In this document: piece after piece, positions 16,120-24,859 of the stretch
Position numbering within the stretch: the first letter of the stretch is position 1
How the letters are laid out: each line of letters opens with the position of its first letter
Source: Pseudomonadota bacterium
GTDB lineage: Bacteria; Pseudomonadota; Gammaproteobacteria; Steroidobacterales; JBCBZW01
Length of the DNA stretch: 64,000 bases
Reading direction: 5' to 3'
NCBI GenBank assembly: GCA_039815145.1
Contig: JBCBZW010000007.1
Span: 1,192 to 65,191 of the forward strand
The notes under the pieces: model-generated
What the model was told of the DNA's origin: nothing
Databases searched by the model: none
Seen by the model: the letters and a program-made list of their open reading frames with translations, nothing else
Made by a program: the position numbers and the translations under genes

Positions 16120-17424
16120 CTAGCGCGCGACCCTCACCTGGAGGGAGCGGTTGCTCGGCGGTGGCGGGACGTTCGGGGCGCGCAGAGTGATGGCATCGAT
16201 GCTGTACAGCTGTTCGAGCATCGCCAGGCTCGCCGCGGCTTCTGGTGCGCCGAGGTCCTGGTGGCCGAACAGCTCGCGCGTGGTGCGCTTGCCGTCGATG
16301 GCGCGCAGCAGGGCCAGCTTCTCGGGCGAGTTGCTGGTGGTGAAGGTCAGGCCCCCATGGTTCAGGACCAGCGCTTCGTCGCTAACGCTCGTGAGCTTGG
16401 CCGCAAGGCCCGCCCCCTCGTCGTCGATCCACGTGGGGCAAAGGTCGGGGTCGTCCACTCGCGCCGCCGTGTCCGGGCGGCGGGTGGCGTAGAAGATGTG
16501 GCGCCCGATCTGGCCGTATAGCAGCTCGCCGATGGCGTAGCGCGCGGCCGGCGGGAGCGCCTCGATGATCTCTAGCAGCGCAGGGTCCTGCACGTAGCTA
16601 CGCGGGTCGTACTGGTGGCGGGTGGTCGGGCTGCCGGGCGGTCCGGGGATGTGCAGATCATGACGGCCCATCCACTCGTAAACCTCAGGAATCGTATAGG
16701 CGCGATCCTGCTCGTGGAGGTAGAGGTCGTAGAGGCCGCTGTCGCCGAGTTGACCGACGCCGTCGTTGGTCGGTGCCACGTGTTCGCTGAAGCGTAGCCA
16801 ATGGTGGGGGTGTAGGGCCCTCAAGGTCTTGCGCAGGTTGTCCAGCTTGCCCTCGCGTGAGGGCGTCTGCGTGTTGACCAGGCGCATGAGCGCTTGCACC
16901 TGATAGTGCGCGGTGCGTCCGTACTGGCCGTAGACCATCAGCCCCATGCAGCCCTCGGGCGCGAGTACGCCGAGCAAGGCCCCGAGGCCCGCGTCGGGGT
17001 CCGCCAGGTGATGGAGGACGCCGCTGCAGTTGATGTAGTCGAAGTGGCCTAGGTCGTCGGCCTTCGCATCGAGCAGCGACCCGTGGATGAACTGGACGTT
17101 GTCGAGGCCGCGCGCCGCGAGCCGTTGTCGGGCCACCTCGATGCTGGCCGCGCTCAGGTCGAGGTGCACGATGCGCGAGGGCGAGTCGCGCAGCTGTTCG
17201 GCGAGGTAGACCGTGGAGTCGCCGGTGCCGCCGCCGGCGACCAGCACACCCATGCCGCTCGCAAGGTCGCGGGCGCCGCGGTAGCAGCGTGCGTTGATGC
17301 TCGCCAGGTGGTCCGTGGGGACCAGCTTCAGGCGCTGCTTTTCCTGCGCGGGATCGCGCGGCGGGTAGGGCAGGTCTTCGTACTGCTCGCGAACGTGGGG
17401 AAGGTAGTTCTGCCTGGCAGACAT
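16120..17424 (-). CDS. Class I SAM-dependent methyltransferase with C-terminal PqqD/RRE-like extension
   Basis: 434 aa. SAM motif I 'VLVAGGGTGDSTVYLAE', plus 'INCSGVLHHL'. C-terminal ~100 aa ('ALVLNHGGLTFTT..LALLRAIDGKRTTRELF...LAMLEQLYSIDAITL') resembles a PqqD-like winged helix. Confidence 0.8.
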   Translation of the reverse strand: MSARQNYLPHVREQYEDLPYPPRDPAQEKQRLKLVPTDHLASINARCYRGARDLASGMGVLVAGGGTGDSTVYLAEQLRDSPSRIVHLDLSAASIEVARQRLAARGLDNVQFIHGSLLDAKADDLGHFDYINCSGVLHHLADPDAGLGALLGVLAPEGCMGLMVYGQYGRTAHYQVQALMRLVNTQTPSREGKLDNLRKTLRALHPHHWLRFSEHVAPTNDGVGQLGDSGLYDLYLHEQDRAYTIPEVYEWMGRHDLHIPGPPGSPTTRHQYDPRSYVQDPALLEIIEALPPAARYAIGELLYGQIGRHIFYATRRPDTAARVDDPDLCPTWIDDEGAGLAAKLTSVSDEALVLNHGGLTFTTSNSPEKLALLRAIDGKRTTRELFGHQDLGAPEAAASLAMLEQLYSIDAITLRAPNVPPPPSNRSLQVRVAR

Positions 17425-17531
17425 GGCGGCGCCTCGTCGGTGCCGTGCGCGCCCATGTCCCTAAGCGGCGTGCGCACAAGATGATTGATCAGAGCGCCTG
17501 CCTCCAGGCACTCCGGCGAGCCCCGTGGCCT

Positions 17532-18104
17532 CTAGCGTGCGCCGTAGAGCGTATCCAGGGCTTCGCGGATGCGAGCTCCCCAGTAGGGCGCGCGTCGCGC
17601 GGCCTTCTGGCGGTTGTTGAGCGAGTCCCACGCGGGGTCCTCGGCCATGCGGGAGGTCACCTGGTAGAGGTTCAGCACGATGCGGCCGCTCTCATCCACC
17701 ACGAAGACGCCCGGCGTGCCCGACACGTTGTAGGACGCGGGCACGTCGCCGCCCTCGGGGAAGGCGATGAAGGAATAGCCTTGACGCTCCAGGTACTTCA
17801 GGGGGTCGCCGTCTTCGCGGTATGAGATGGCGAAGACGCGCAGGGGCTTCTCGCCCTGGTACTCCTCGAGCATGCTCTGCAGGTGCGGCATCAACGCCTT
17901 GCAGTAGGGACACCAGGTGGCCCAGAACAGCACGATGCTGGGGCCCTTCGGGTGTTCCTCGTGGAAGGCGTACTCCTGGCCGGTGGCGTCGGTCAGCCGC
18001 CAGTTCGGCGCATCGTTGGCGAAGGTGATCTGGGCACCGAGCAAGCCCACTAGCAGGGCGACGGTGAGCAGCAATGCGCGGGAGCGAGGGGCGATCGATG
18101 ACAT
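17532..18104 (-). CDS. TlpA/ResA-like periplasmic thiol:disulfide oxidoreductase (thioredoxin fold)
   Basis: ATG 18104 with AAGGACAAGGAAG upstream. Signal/anchor 'SRALLLTVALLVGLLGA'. Active site 'FWATWCPYCKALMP' (CxxC). Confidence 0.8.
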   Translation of the reverse strand: MSSIAPRSRALLLTVALLVGLLGAQITFANDAPNWRLTDATGQEYAFHEEHPKGPSIVLFWATWCPYCKALMPHLQSMLEEYQGEKPLRVFAISYREDGDPLKYLERQGYSFIAFPEGGDVPASYNVSGTPGVFVVDESGRIVLNLYQVTSRMAEDPAWDSLNNRQKAARRAPYWGARIREALDTLYGAR

Positions 18105-18210
18105 GGGCGCTTCCTTGTCCTTAAGCGGGGTCGGTGCTCTCGCCAATCGAGCGCACCCCATTGGTGACAGTGTCCGCGAGCCCGACGCCGGTTACAACGG
18201 TGGACGGCCG

Positions 18211-18678
18211 CTAGCCGACGGCGGCGGAGACTGGCTCCGGTCCCCCACGTCCGTACAGTTTCACCACGAGATTGGCCTCTAGCTGGGTGAGGCCGCAGTC
18301 GCGCATCAGCTGATCCGCGTCGCTGCCCTGCTGCGCGAGCAGGATCTCGCGGGAGAAATCGCGGCCGTCGGGCTGCTCCTGTGGCGTGGCGAGAGCCGCC
18401 GAGGGGCCGCGCTGGGGTCGCCGGCGCCGGTTGCGTCGCCGCGCTGGTGCCGCCTCGTTCGCCGCGGTCTCGCTCGGCGCGGCGGCGCTCGCCACCGCGA
18501 GTTCCGGCGTGAACGGTGCCGCGTGTTCTCGCAGTGGCCGCAGACGCGGGGCGATCACCAACAGCAGCACCAGGGTGCCGCAGAAGAAGCACAGGCTGGC
18601 GAGCACCAGGAGGCTGGCCGCGAGCAGCTCCGGCGTCAGTTGGGCGAGTAGCGATGAGGCGATCGCATCGTTGGGCAT
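18211..18678 (-). CDS. DUF2802-like membrane protein (flagellar-cluster associated)
   Basis: N-terminal TM 'LLAASLLVLASLCFFCGTLVLLLVIA'. C-terminal 'ILLAQQGSDADQLMRDCGLTQLEANLVVKLYG' is the helix-turn-helix-like tail that I recall as DUF2802. AAGGA SD. Confidence 0.65.
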   Translation of the reverse strand: MPNDAIASSLLAQLTPELLAASLLVLASLCFFCGTLVLLLVIAPRLRPLREHAAPFTPELAVASAAAPSETAANEAAPARRRNRRRRPQRGPSAALATPQEQPDGRDFSREILLAQQGSDADQLMRDCGLTQLEANLVVKLYGRGGPEPVSAAVG

Positions 18679-18690
18679 GGGGCGGTCCTT

Positions 18691-18891
18691 TCAGGCGTAT
18701 TCGTCGATGTGATGGGGAGCCTCGGGAGGCTCGCGATCGTGGTTCTTGCCGGTGTCGTCGTCGGTGGCGGCGGTACTTCGCGGCGGCGACTCGTCTTGCG
18801 CTGGTGGGGACTCGGGTTCTTCGCGCGCGCCCCGCCCCCCGCTCTCGCGACGTGGCAACACGGGATTCGTCACGCCGATGGAGCGGATCAT
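18691..18891 (-). CDS. Possible small acidic/Pro-rich disordered protein (66 aa)
   Basis: ORF 18691..18900 (GTG). ATG 18891 preceded by GAGGTGGGAG. Sits between fliA and the DUF2802 gene in the same orientation. No recognisable domain. Confidence 0.3.
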   Translation of the reverse strand: MIRSIGVTNPVLPRRESGGRGAREEPESPPAQDESPPRSTAATDDDTGKNHDREPPEAPHHIDEYA

Positions 18892-18936
18892 CGCTCCCAC
18901 CTCAGCAGCACTACCAGCAATATCATCGGAGCCTCC

Positions 18937-19743
18937 TCAGGGCGAGTCGCTCACCCATTCGGTTAGTCGAGTTCGTAGCCGTACCTTGGCTTGCTTGTGT
19001 ATCTGGGATACGCGGGATTCGGTGACGCCGAGCACCTCACCGATCTCGCGCAGGTTGAGTTCATCGTCGTAGTACAGCGCCATCACCAAGCGTTCGCGTT
19101 CGGGCAGGCGCTCAATCTCCTGCGCCAGCACCTTCACGAAGGTGGACTCCTGCAGGTGCTGCAAGGGTCCATCGTGGTCCTCGAGGATGGCTTGGGCGAG
19201 GGGCGGATCGTCGTTGATCATGCTGTCGAGGCTGGCGACGCGGGCGCAGGCCGCATCGCGCAGGAGCCGGTGGTAGTCGTCCAGCGGTATGTCCATGCGT
19301 TCGGCGACTTCACGATCGCTGACGTCGCGACCCTGCTCGTGCTCCATCTCCGATATCACCCGACTCATCTGGCGCAGCTGACGCCAGAGGGGACGGGGCG
19401 CCCAGTCCACTTTGCGCACCTCGTCGAGCATGGCGCCGCGGATGCGGATACCGGCGAAGGTGGTGAAGTTGGCGCCGCCTTCGGACGAGTAGTTTCGCGC
19501 TGCCTCGAGCAGGCCGATCATGCCCGCTTGGATCAGATCTTCGACGTCCACCGTGGGCGGCAGACGACCGAGCAGGTGGTAAGCGATTCGCTTCACCAGG
19601 CTCGCGTGCTGCAACACCAGGGCGTCACCCGTGAGCGCGACCGGCGCCTCTTGTGCGTCATCGTTAGGCGCTGGCGACTCGCTGTCGAGCGACGGACGGC
19701 CGCTCGGCAAGGCGCTATCTCCTTGTGCCAGGTCCATCGCCAC
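18937..19743 (-). CDS. fliA: Flagellar sigma factor sigma28
   Basis: Sigma70 regions 2-4: 'DLIQAGMIGLLEAARNY', 'ERLVMALYYDDELNLREIGEVLGVTESRVSQIHKQA'. The start is either GTG 19743 or ATG 19737. Confidence 0.92.
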   Translation of the reverse strand: MAMDLAQGDSALPSGRPSLDSESPAPNDDAQEAPVALTGDALVLQHASLVKRIAYHLLGRLPPTVDVEDLIQAGMIGLLEAARNYSSEGGANFTTFAGIRIRGAMLDEVRKVDWAPRPLWRQLRQMSRVISEMEHEQGRDVSDREVAERMDIPLDDYHRLLRDAACARVASLDSMINDDPPLAQAILEDHDGPLQHLQESTFVKVLAQEIERLPERERLVMALYYDDELNLREIGEVLGVTESRVSQIHKQAKVRLRTRLTEWVSDSP

Positions 19744-19746
19744 TTA

Positions 19747-20691
19747 TCAGACGGCCTCGGCCACGGCGGTCGTGGGCACACGGAGCAGGCGTTCAGCGAA
19801 GAACTCCGTATGCCCGCGTGAGCCCGCAGCAGGGCGCCACAGACTCACCTGCTGGGCGAGGTGGCGAAACGCCTGAGCGGCGCGGGAGGAGGGGTAGGCA
19901 TCGAGGACGTTGATCTGCTGCTGCACGGATTTGCGCAAGTACGGGTCGTGGGGGATGTTGCCAAAGTGGGTCACGGACACATCCAGGAAGCGCTCGCACA
20001 CCCGGGCGATCTTGGTGTAGAGCTGGTTGCCGTGTTCGGCGCCCGCGGTCATGTTGGTCAACACGCGGGCGTGATCCACCCGGTAGTCGCGGCTCAGCAC
20101 CTTGATCAGGGCGTAGGCGTCGGTGATGGACCCGGGGTCGTCGCACACGGTCACCACCACATCGCGCGCGGCTTGAGCGAAGCTGGCCACGTTTTCCGAC
20201 AAGCCCGCCGCCGTGTCGATGATGAGCACATCGACCGGACGGGTGAGCTCGCTGAAGGCGTGGATCAAGCCCGCGCTCTCGCGCGCATCGAGCAGGGCCA
20301 TGCGCTTGTTGCCCGAGGCGGCCGGCACCAGCGTCATGCCCCAGGGGCCCTCCACGAGCACATCCTCCAGGGAGCACTGGCCTTCGAGGACGTTGCTCAG
20401 GGTGTAGCGGGGGTGCAGGCCCAGGTGCACGTCGAGGTTCGCTAAGCCCAGGTCGGCGTCCAGCAGCATGACGCGCCTTCCGCTCATTGCACAGGCGACG
20501 CCGAGGTTGGCTGACACGGTGGTCTTGCCCACGCCGCCCTTGCCACTGGTGATGGCGATCACCTGCACCGGTTGGTTACTCGCCACGCGGCGCAGGCCGC
20601 TGGCCTGGTCTTCCTGCATCCAACCGCCGTCTTGCTGGGGTTGGCGAGGGGCGTGCTGGTCGTTCGGGTTGCTGTCGCTCGGGTCAGGCAC
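19747..20691 (-). CDS. fleN: MinD/ParA-type flagellar number regulator FleN/FlhG
   Basis: Deviant Walker A 'ITSGKGGVGKTTVSANL'. GTG start with GAGGTG SD, overlapping the flhF end by 8 nt. Confidence 0.92.
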   Translation of the reverse strand: MPDPSDSNPNDQHAPRQPQQDGGWMQEDQASGLRRVASNQPVQVIAITSGKGGVGKTTVSANLGVACAMSGRRVMLLDADLGLANLDVHLGLHPRYTLSNVLEGQCSLEDVLVEGPWGMTLVPAASGNKRMALLDARESAGLIHAFSELTRPVDVLIIDTAAGLSENVASFAQAARDVVVTVCDDPGSITDAYALIKVLSRDYRVDHARVLTNMTAGAEHGNQLYTKIARVCERFLDVSVTHFGNIPHDPYLRKSVQQQINVLDAYPSSRAAQAFRHLAQQVSLWRPAAGSRGHTEFFAERLLRVPTTAVAEAV

Positions 20692-22783
20692 TTTCTCGCA
20701 CCTCGTCGGTGTCGTCGATCTGATCGCGACATTCCATGTCGGCTTGGTGGAACACTTGGCTTACCAGGCTCAGGCGCTTACTTCGCGCCCAGTGCAGGTC
20801 TTCCGGCACGTTCTGACCATTGCTGGTGTAGGCCAGGGGCAGGCCGGTCTCGATCAGCGCGCCCAAGGCGGTGCCGGGTGCGCGTGCCTCGTCCATCTTG
20901 GTGAGGACGCAACCGGCGGGCTTGACGTCAGCGAAGCGCTCGATCGTGTCGAGCATCGTGCGTCGTTCCGTGTTGGCACACAGCGTAAGCAAGACTTGAA
21001 CGTTGGCACGTGACCTGGACAGCAAACTGAGCTCTTCAGCGAGACGTAGATCTCGTTGCCCCATGCCTGCCGTGTCGATCAGTACCAGCCGATGGCGCGC
21101 CAAGCGTCGCATCAACGCACTGAAAGTCTTGGGATCATCGGCCTGGAACAGGGGTACGCCGAGGATGCGAGCGAAGGTGTTGAGCTGCTCGTGGGCGCCG
21201 ACGCGGAAGGTGTCCGTGGTGATGAGGGCCAGGCGGTCACGGCCGTGCTTGAGGGCGAAGCGTGCGGCCAGCTTAGCCACACTCGTCGTTTTTCCGACGC
21301 CTGTGGGGCCAACCAGCGCCACCACACCGCCACGGTCGATCACCTCCTGGTCGAGGGTGCGCAGGCGCGCGTTCGCCTGGCCGGCGAGGGCGGGCCAGTC
21401 GACGGCCTCGTTGTTCTCGGCTGCTGCGTTGGCCAGTTCCTGCACGAGTGGATCGCTCATGCCCACGCGGTGCAGGGAGCGAAGGTACAGGCGCAGCGTC
21501 TGTTGGCGACCCGATTCCGGGGCACCTGCGCGCTGCTCGCTTCGCCCGCGGGCGCGTTCGGGACGGCGCCTGACCCCGGCCAGCACGCTCAGTAGGCCGT
21601 TGCCTTTGCCGTTCCCTGATGCGGCTGACGCTGAATCGGAGAGCTCGACCTGATCCTCACGCAGCTCATCGGGGTCCGCTTCGGCCTCGACCTCCGGAGT
21701 GGGTTCCGGGTAGTCCTCGATCTCGGCGTAGCGTTGGCGCGTGATACTCGGCCGACGGGGGCTGGGGAACGGTGCCGAGGAGGCGTCCGGCGCCGGGCGC
21801 GAGTAGGCCAGTTGTTGCGCGGTCATCGCCTCTTCGAAGGACTCGGGGGAGTCGTCGGCGAAGTCGTCCAGCTCCACCATGTCGTTACGCTCGTCGAAGC
21901 CGACGGTATCGCCGGCGCCGTGCTCGCCGGGAGCGTCCCAGTCGACCGTGTCACTGGGGGGCTCACGCTCCTCGTCGATCAGTGACAGTTCGACGGTAGC
22001 CTCCGGCCCTTCGCGCCATAGGGTCATGGCCACCGGGCGTGGCCCGAAGCCGTCGTCGAAGGCCTGCTCTACGCCGTCGCGGCCGCCGTGTCGCACGGCG
22101 GCGGTGGGCGGCGCAGTGGTCGGTGGCGGCTGCGTCGGCAGGAGAATCTCGGAGGATTCTGCCGCCGCTGCTGCCGGGCGCGGCGTGGCGCGTCGCTTCT
22201 TCTTGGCGGGTGCTTGTGCCGCAGCCTTGGTCGCCGTGCTCGGCTTGGCTGAGCCATTGGTTGAACTCTGGGCCGTGGCGCTGCGTCGCTTGGCCGTGCT
22301 CTTGCTGGCGCTTGCGGTCTTGCGCGTCGTGGTGCTCGTGCGCCGGGTACGTCGCGTGGTGCTGGTGCTGCTACTGGTGCTGGCGGTGCTCGCCTTGCGT
22401 CGTGCGGGCGGTTTTTCGGCGGCATCGTCCGCCGTCGCGGTGGCCCGCTTGGCCGTCGCGGTGGCCGGCTTCGCAGCGGCACTCGAGGACGGCGGCGAAG
22501 GCAATCGCAGGGACTTGCCATCGGAGCGTCGGGCTGGGCTCGGCGGTGCTTCCGGGCGTTCGGCGCTAGGTGCTGACGCGCCGTCGGCGGCCGCCTGGGC
22601 CTGCTCGGGGTTGGCGCCCAGGGCGTGATCGATCAGGCGCGGGTCGTAGTCCACCGCCGCGATGATCTCGATACCGCCAGGCACCTGCTGGTTGGAGAGG
22701 ATCACCGCGTCGGGACCTTGCTCGTCCCGAACCAGGCGGATGGCATGTTTCATGTCGCGGGCGACAAATCGCTTGATGTGCAT
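20684..22783 (-). CDS. flhF: Flagellar biosynthesis SRP-type GTPase FlhF, with greatly expanded low-complexity B-domain
   Basis: N-terminal 'MHIKRFVARDMKHAIRLVRDEQGPDAVILS'. C-terminal NG domain 'VALVGPTGVGKTTSVAKLA', 'IDTAGMGQRD', 'CVLTKMDEA'. About 370 aa of S/T/A/P/K/R-rich then acidic sequence lies between them. Confidence 0.9.
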   Translation of the reverse strand: MHIKRFVARDMKHAIRLVRDEQGPDAVILSNQQVPGGIEIIAAVDYDPRLIDHALGANPEQAQAAADGASAPSAERPEAPPSPARRSDGKSLRLPSPPSSSAAAKPATATAKRATATADDAAEKPPARRKASTASTSSSTSTTRRTRRTSTTTRKTASASKSTAKRRSATAQSSTNGSAKPSTATKAAAQAPAKKKRRATPRPAAAAAESSEILLPTQPPPTTAPPTAAVRHGGRDGVEQAFDDGFGPRPVAMTLWREGPEATVELSLIDEEREPPSDTVDWDAPGEHGAGDTVGFDERNDMVELDDFADDSPESFEEAMTAQQLAYSRPAPDASSAPFPSPRRPSITRQRYAEIEDYPEPTPEVEAEADPDELREDQVELSDSASAASGNGKGNGLLSVLAGVRRRPERARGRSEQRAGAPESGRQQTLRLYLRSLHRVGMSDPLVQELANAAAENNEAVDWPALAGQANARLRTLDQEVIDRGGVVALVGPTGVGKTTSVAKLAARFALKHGRDRLALITTDTFRVGAHEQLNTFARILGVPLFQADDPKTFSALMRRLARHRLVLIDTAGMGQRDLRLAEELSLLSRSRANVQVLLTLCANTERRTMLDTIERFADVKPAGCVLTKMDEARAPGTALGALIETGLPLAYTSNGQNVPEDLHWARSKRLSLVSQVFHQADMECRDQIDDTDEVRESA

Positions 22784-22792
22784 TTAGTGTTC

Positions 22793-24859
22793 TCAGGCTC
22801 CAACCGCGGCAACCATGCGCAGACGCTTGTCGTCCGGCACTTCGTTCACCGCCAGTACGTTCAGATTCGGTAGCTGGTGTCGCAACAGGCGCGATAGCCA
22901 ACTCCTGATCGTCGGGCTCACCAACACCACTGCCGGTTCGCCTGCCATCTCCTGGCGTTGGGCGGACTCGGCGAGGCTACGGTGCAGTCGCTCGGCGAGG
23001 TTCGGCTCGATGCCGCCGCCTTGTCCGCTCTGCAGGTTCTCTTGCAACATGCGTTCCAGTTTTGGCTCCAGCGTGATGACAGGCAGTTCTTCCCGCATTC
23101 CATTGATGCGTTGGACGATGGAACGCCCCATGGCGACCCGCACCATGGCCGCCAGAGCGGCGGGTTCTTGACTGCGCGGCGCGTGTTCCGCCATCGCTTC
23201 GGCGATTCTCTTGAAGTTGGTGATGGGGATGCGCTCGGCGAGTAACTCCTGCAGCGTGCGCACGAAGGCGCCCATGGACAGGGCCTTGGGCACCAGGTCC
23301 TCCACCAGCTTCGGTGAGCTTTGCGCCAGGCGGTCGAGGAGGTGTTGGGCCTCGTCGTAGCCGAAGAGCTCGTTGGCGTGCGTCGTCAAGATCTGTGTGA
23401 GGTGGGTGGCGACCACGGTGGCGGCATCGACCACGGAGTAGCCGAGGGTCTGGGCGCGTTCGCGCTCCGAGGGATCGATCCACACCGCGTCCAAGCCGAA
23501 GGCGGGCTCCTTGGTCTTTTGTCCGGGAATCGGCTTGACCGTGTCGTTCGGTGCGATGGCGAGTTCTTTGTTGGGGAAGATCTCGCCCTCACCGATCGGC
23601 ACGTCCAGGAGCTTGATCCGGTAAGCGTTGGGGTTGAGCTCGAGGTTGTCGCGGATGTGCACGGGCTGCACCAGGAAGCCCAGCTCCTGGGTGAACTTCT
23701 TGCGTACGCCCTTGATCTTGTTCATGAGCTCGCCGCCCTGGCGCTTGTCCACCATGCCGATCAGGCGGAAGCCCACCTCCAGACCCAGGGCATCGACATC
23801 GGACACATCGTCCCAGGACAGCTCCGGCGGTTTCGGCGCTTCCGTGGGAGCTTCCTGCTCGGCTGCGGCCGCTTGCTCCGCCGCGGTCGGCTGCCGATTG
23901 AGCAGCCATGCGCCGGTGCCACAGGCGGCGGCTAAACCTAAGAACACCACGTTTGGCATGCCGGGGATGAGCCCCAGCAGGCCGAGCACCCCAGCGGTGA
24001 CGCCGAGCGTGCGGGAGTTACCGAGCAGCTGCTTCACCACCTGCTCGCCCATGTCCTGGGAGCCGGACATGCGGGTGACGATGATGGCGACGGCGGTCGA
24101 GAGCAGCAACGAGGGGATCTGGGCCACCAGACCGTCGCCGATCGTGAGCAGTGTGTAGTACTCGAGCGCCTGGCCGAAGGGCATGCCGTGCTGGAGGGGG
24201 CCGATGGCGATGCCGCCGATGATGTTGATGAAGAGGATCAGGATGCCCGCGGTCGCATCGCCACGAACGAATTTGCTAGCACCGTCCATGGAGCCGTAGA
24301 AGTCTGCCTCCTGGCGAATTTCCTCGCGCCGCTGACGTGCTTCGTCCTGGGTGACCAGACCTGCGTTCAAGTCGGCGTCGATGGCCATCTGGCGACCGGG
24401 CATGGCGTCCAAGGTGAAGCGTGCGCTCACCTCCGAGATGCGCCCGGCGCCCTTGGTCACCACGATGAAGTTGATGATCACCAGGATGGCGAAGACCACC
24501 AGGCCCACGGCGAAGTTGCCGCCCACCACGAAGTCCCCGAAGGCCTCGATCACCCGGCCGGCGGCGCCCGTGCCATTGTGGCCGTTGAGCAGTACCACGC
24601 GGGTCGAGGCCACGTTGAGCGCGAGGCGCAGCAAGGTGGCGATCAACAGCACGGTCGGGAACACCCCGAGGTCCAGGGGGCGGTTGGCGTAGATCACCGC
24701 GAGGACGATCACCAGGGACAAGGTGATGTTGAAGGTGAACAGCAGATCCAGCGCCATGGGCGGCAGGGGCAGCACCATCATGCTGAGCATCAAGATCAGC
24801 AGAATCGGCACACCCGCGCCCTGGCGTAGCTGGCGGGCGACACGCTCGAGGAGTTCCAT
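22793..24859 (-). CDS. flhA: Flagellar export apparatus protein FlhA
   Basis: 688 aa, FHIPEP family. Eight TM segments followed by a cytoplasmic domain. 'GDGLVAQIPSLLLSTA' is typical. Confidence 0.95.
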   Translation of the reverse strand: MELLERVARQLRQGAGVPILLILMLSMMVLPLPPMALDLLFTFNITLSLVIVLAVIYANRPLDLGVFPTVLLIATLLRLALNVASTRVVLLNGHNGTGAAGRVIEAFGDFVVGGNFAVGLVVFAILVIINFIVVTKGAGRISEVSARFTLDAMPGRQMAIDADLNAGLVTQDEARQRREEIRQEADFYGSMDGASKFVRGDATAGILILFINIIGGIAIGPLQHGMPFGQALEYYTLLTIGDGLVAQIPSLLLSTAVAIIVTRMSGSQDMGEQVVKQLLGNSRTLGVTAGVLGLLGLIPGMPNVVFLGLAAACGTGAWLLNRQPTAAEQAAAAEQEAPTEAPKPPELSWDDVSDVDALGLEVGFRLIGMVDKRQGGELMNKIKGVRKKFTQELGFLVQPVHIRDNLELNPNAYRIKLLDVPIGEGEIFPNKELAIAPNDTVKPIPGQKTKEPAFGLDAVWIDPSERERAQTLGYSVVDAATVVATHLTQILTTHANELFGYDEAQHLLDRLAQSSPKLVEDLVPKALSMGAFVRTLQELLAERIPITNFKRIAEAMAEHAPRSQEPAALAAMVRVAMGRSIVQRINGMREELPVITLEPKLERMLQENLQSGQGGGIEPNLAERLHRSLAESAQRQEMAGEPAVVLVSPTIRSWLSRLLRHQLPNLNVLAVNEVPDDKRLRMVAAVGA

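Noticed and set aside
21500-22618. Repetitive-looking GC-rich DNA in flhF considered as a tandem repeat or CRISPR-like array
   Set aside because: There is no fixed-length repeat/spacer periodicity. It is low-complexity coding sequence (Ser/Thr/Ala/Arg/Lys codons) that stays in the flhF frame.
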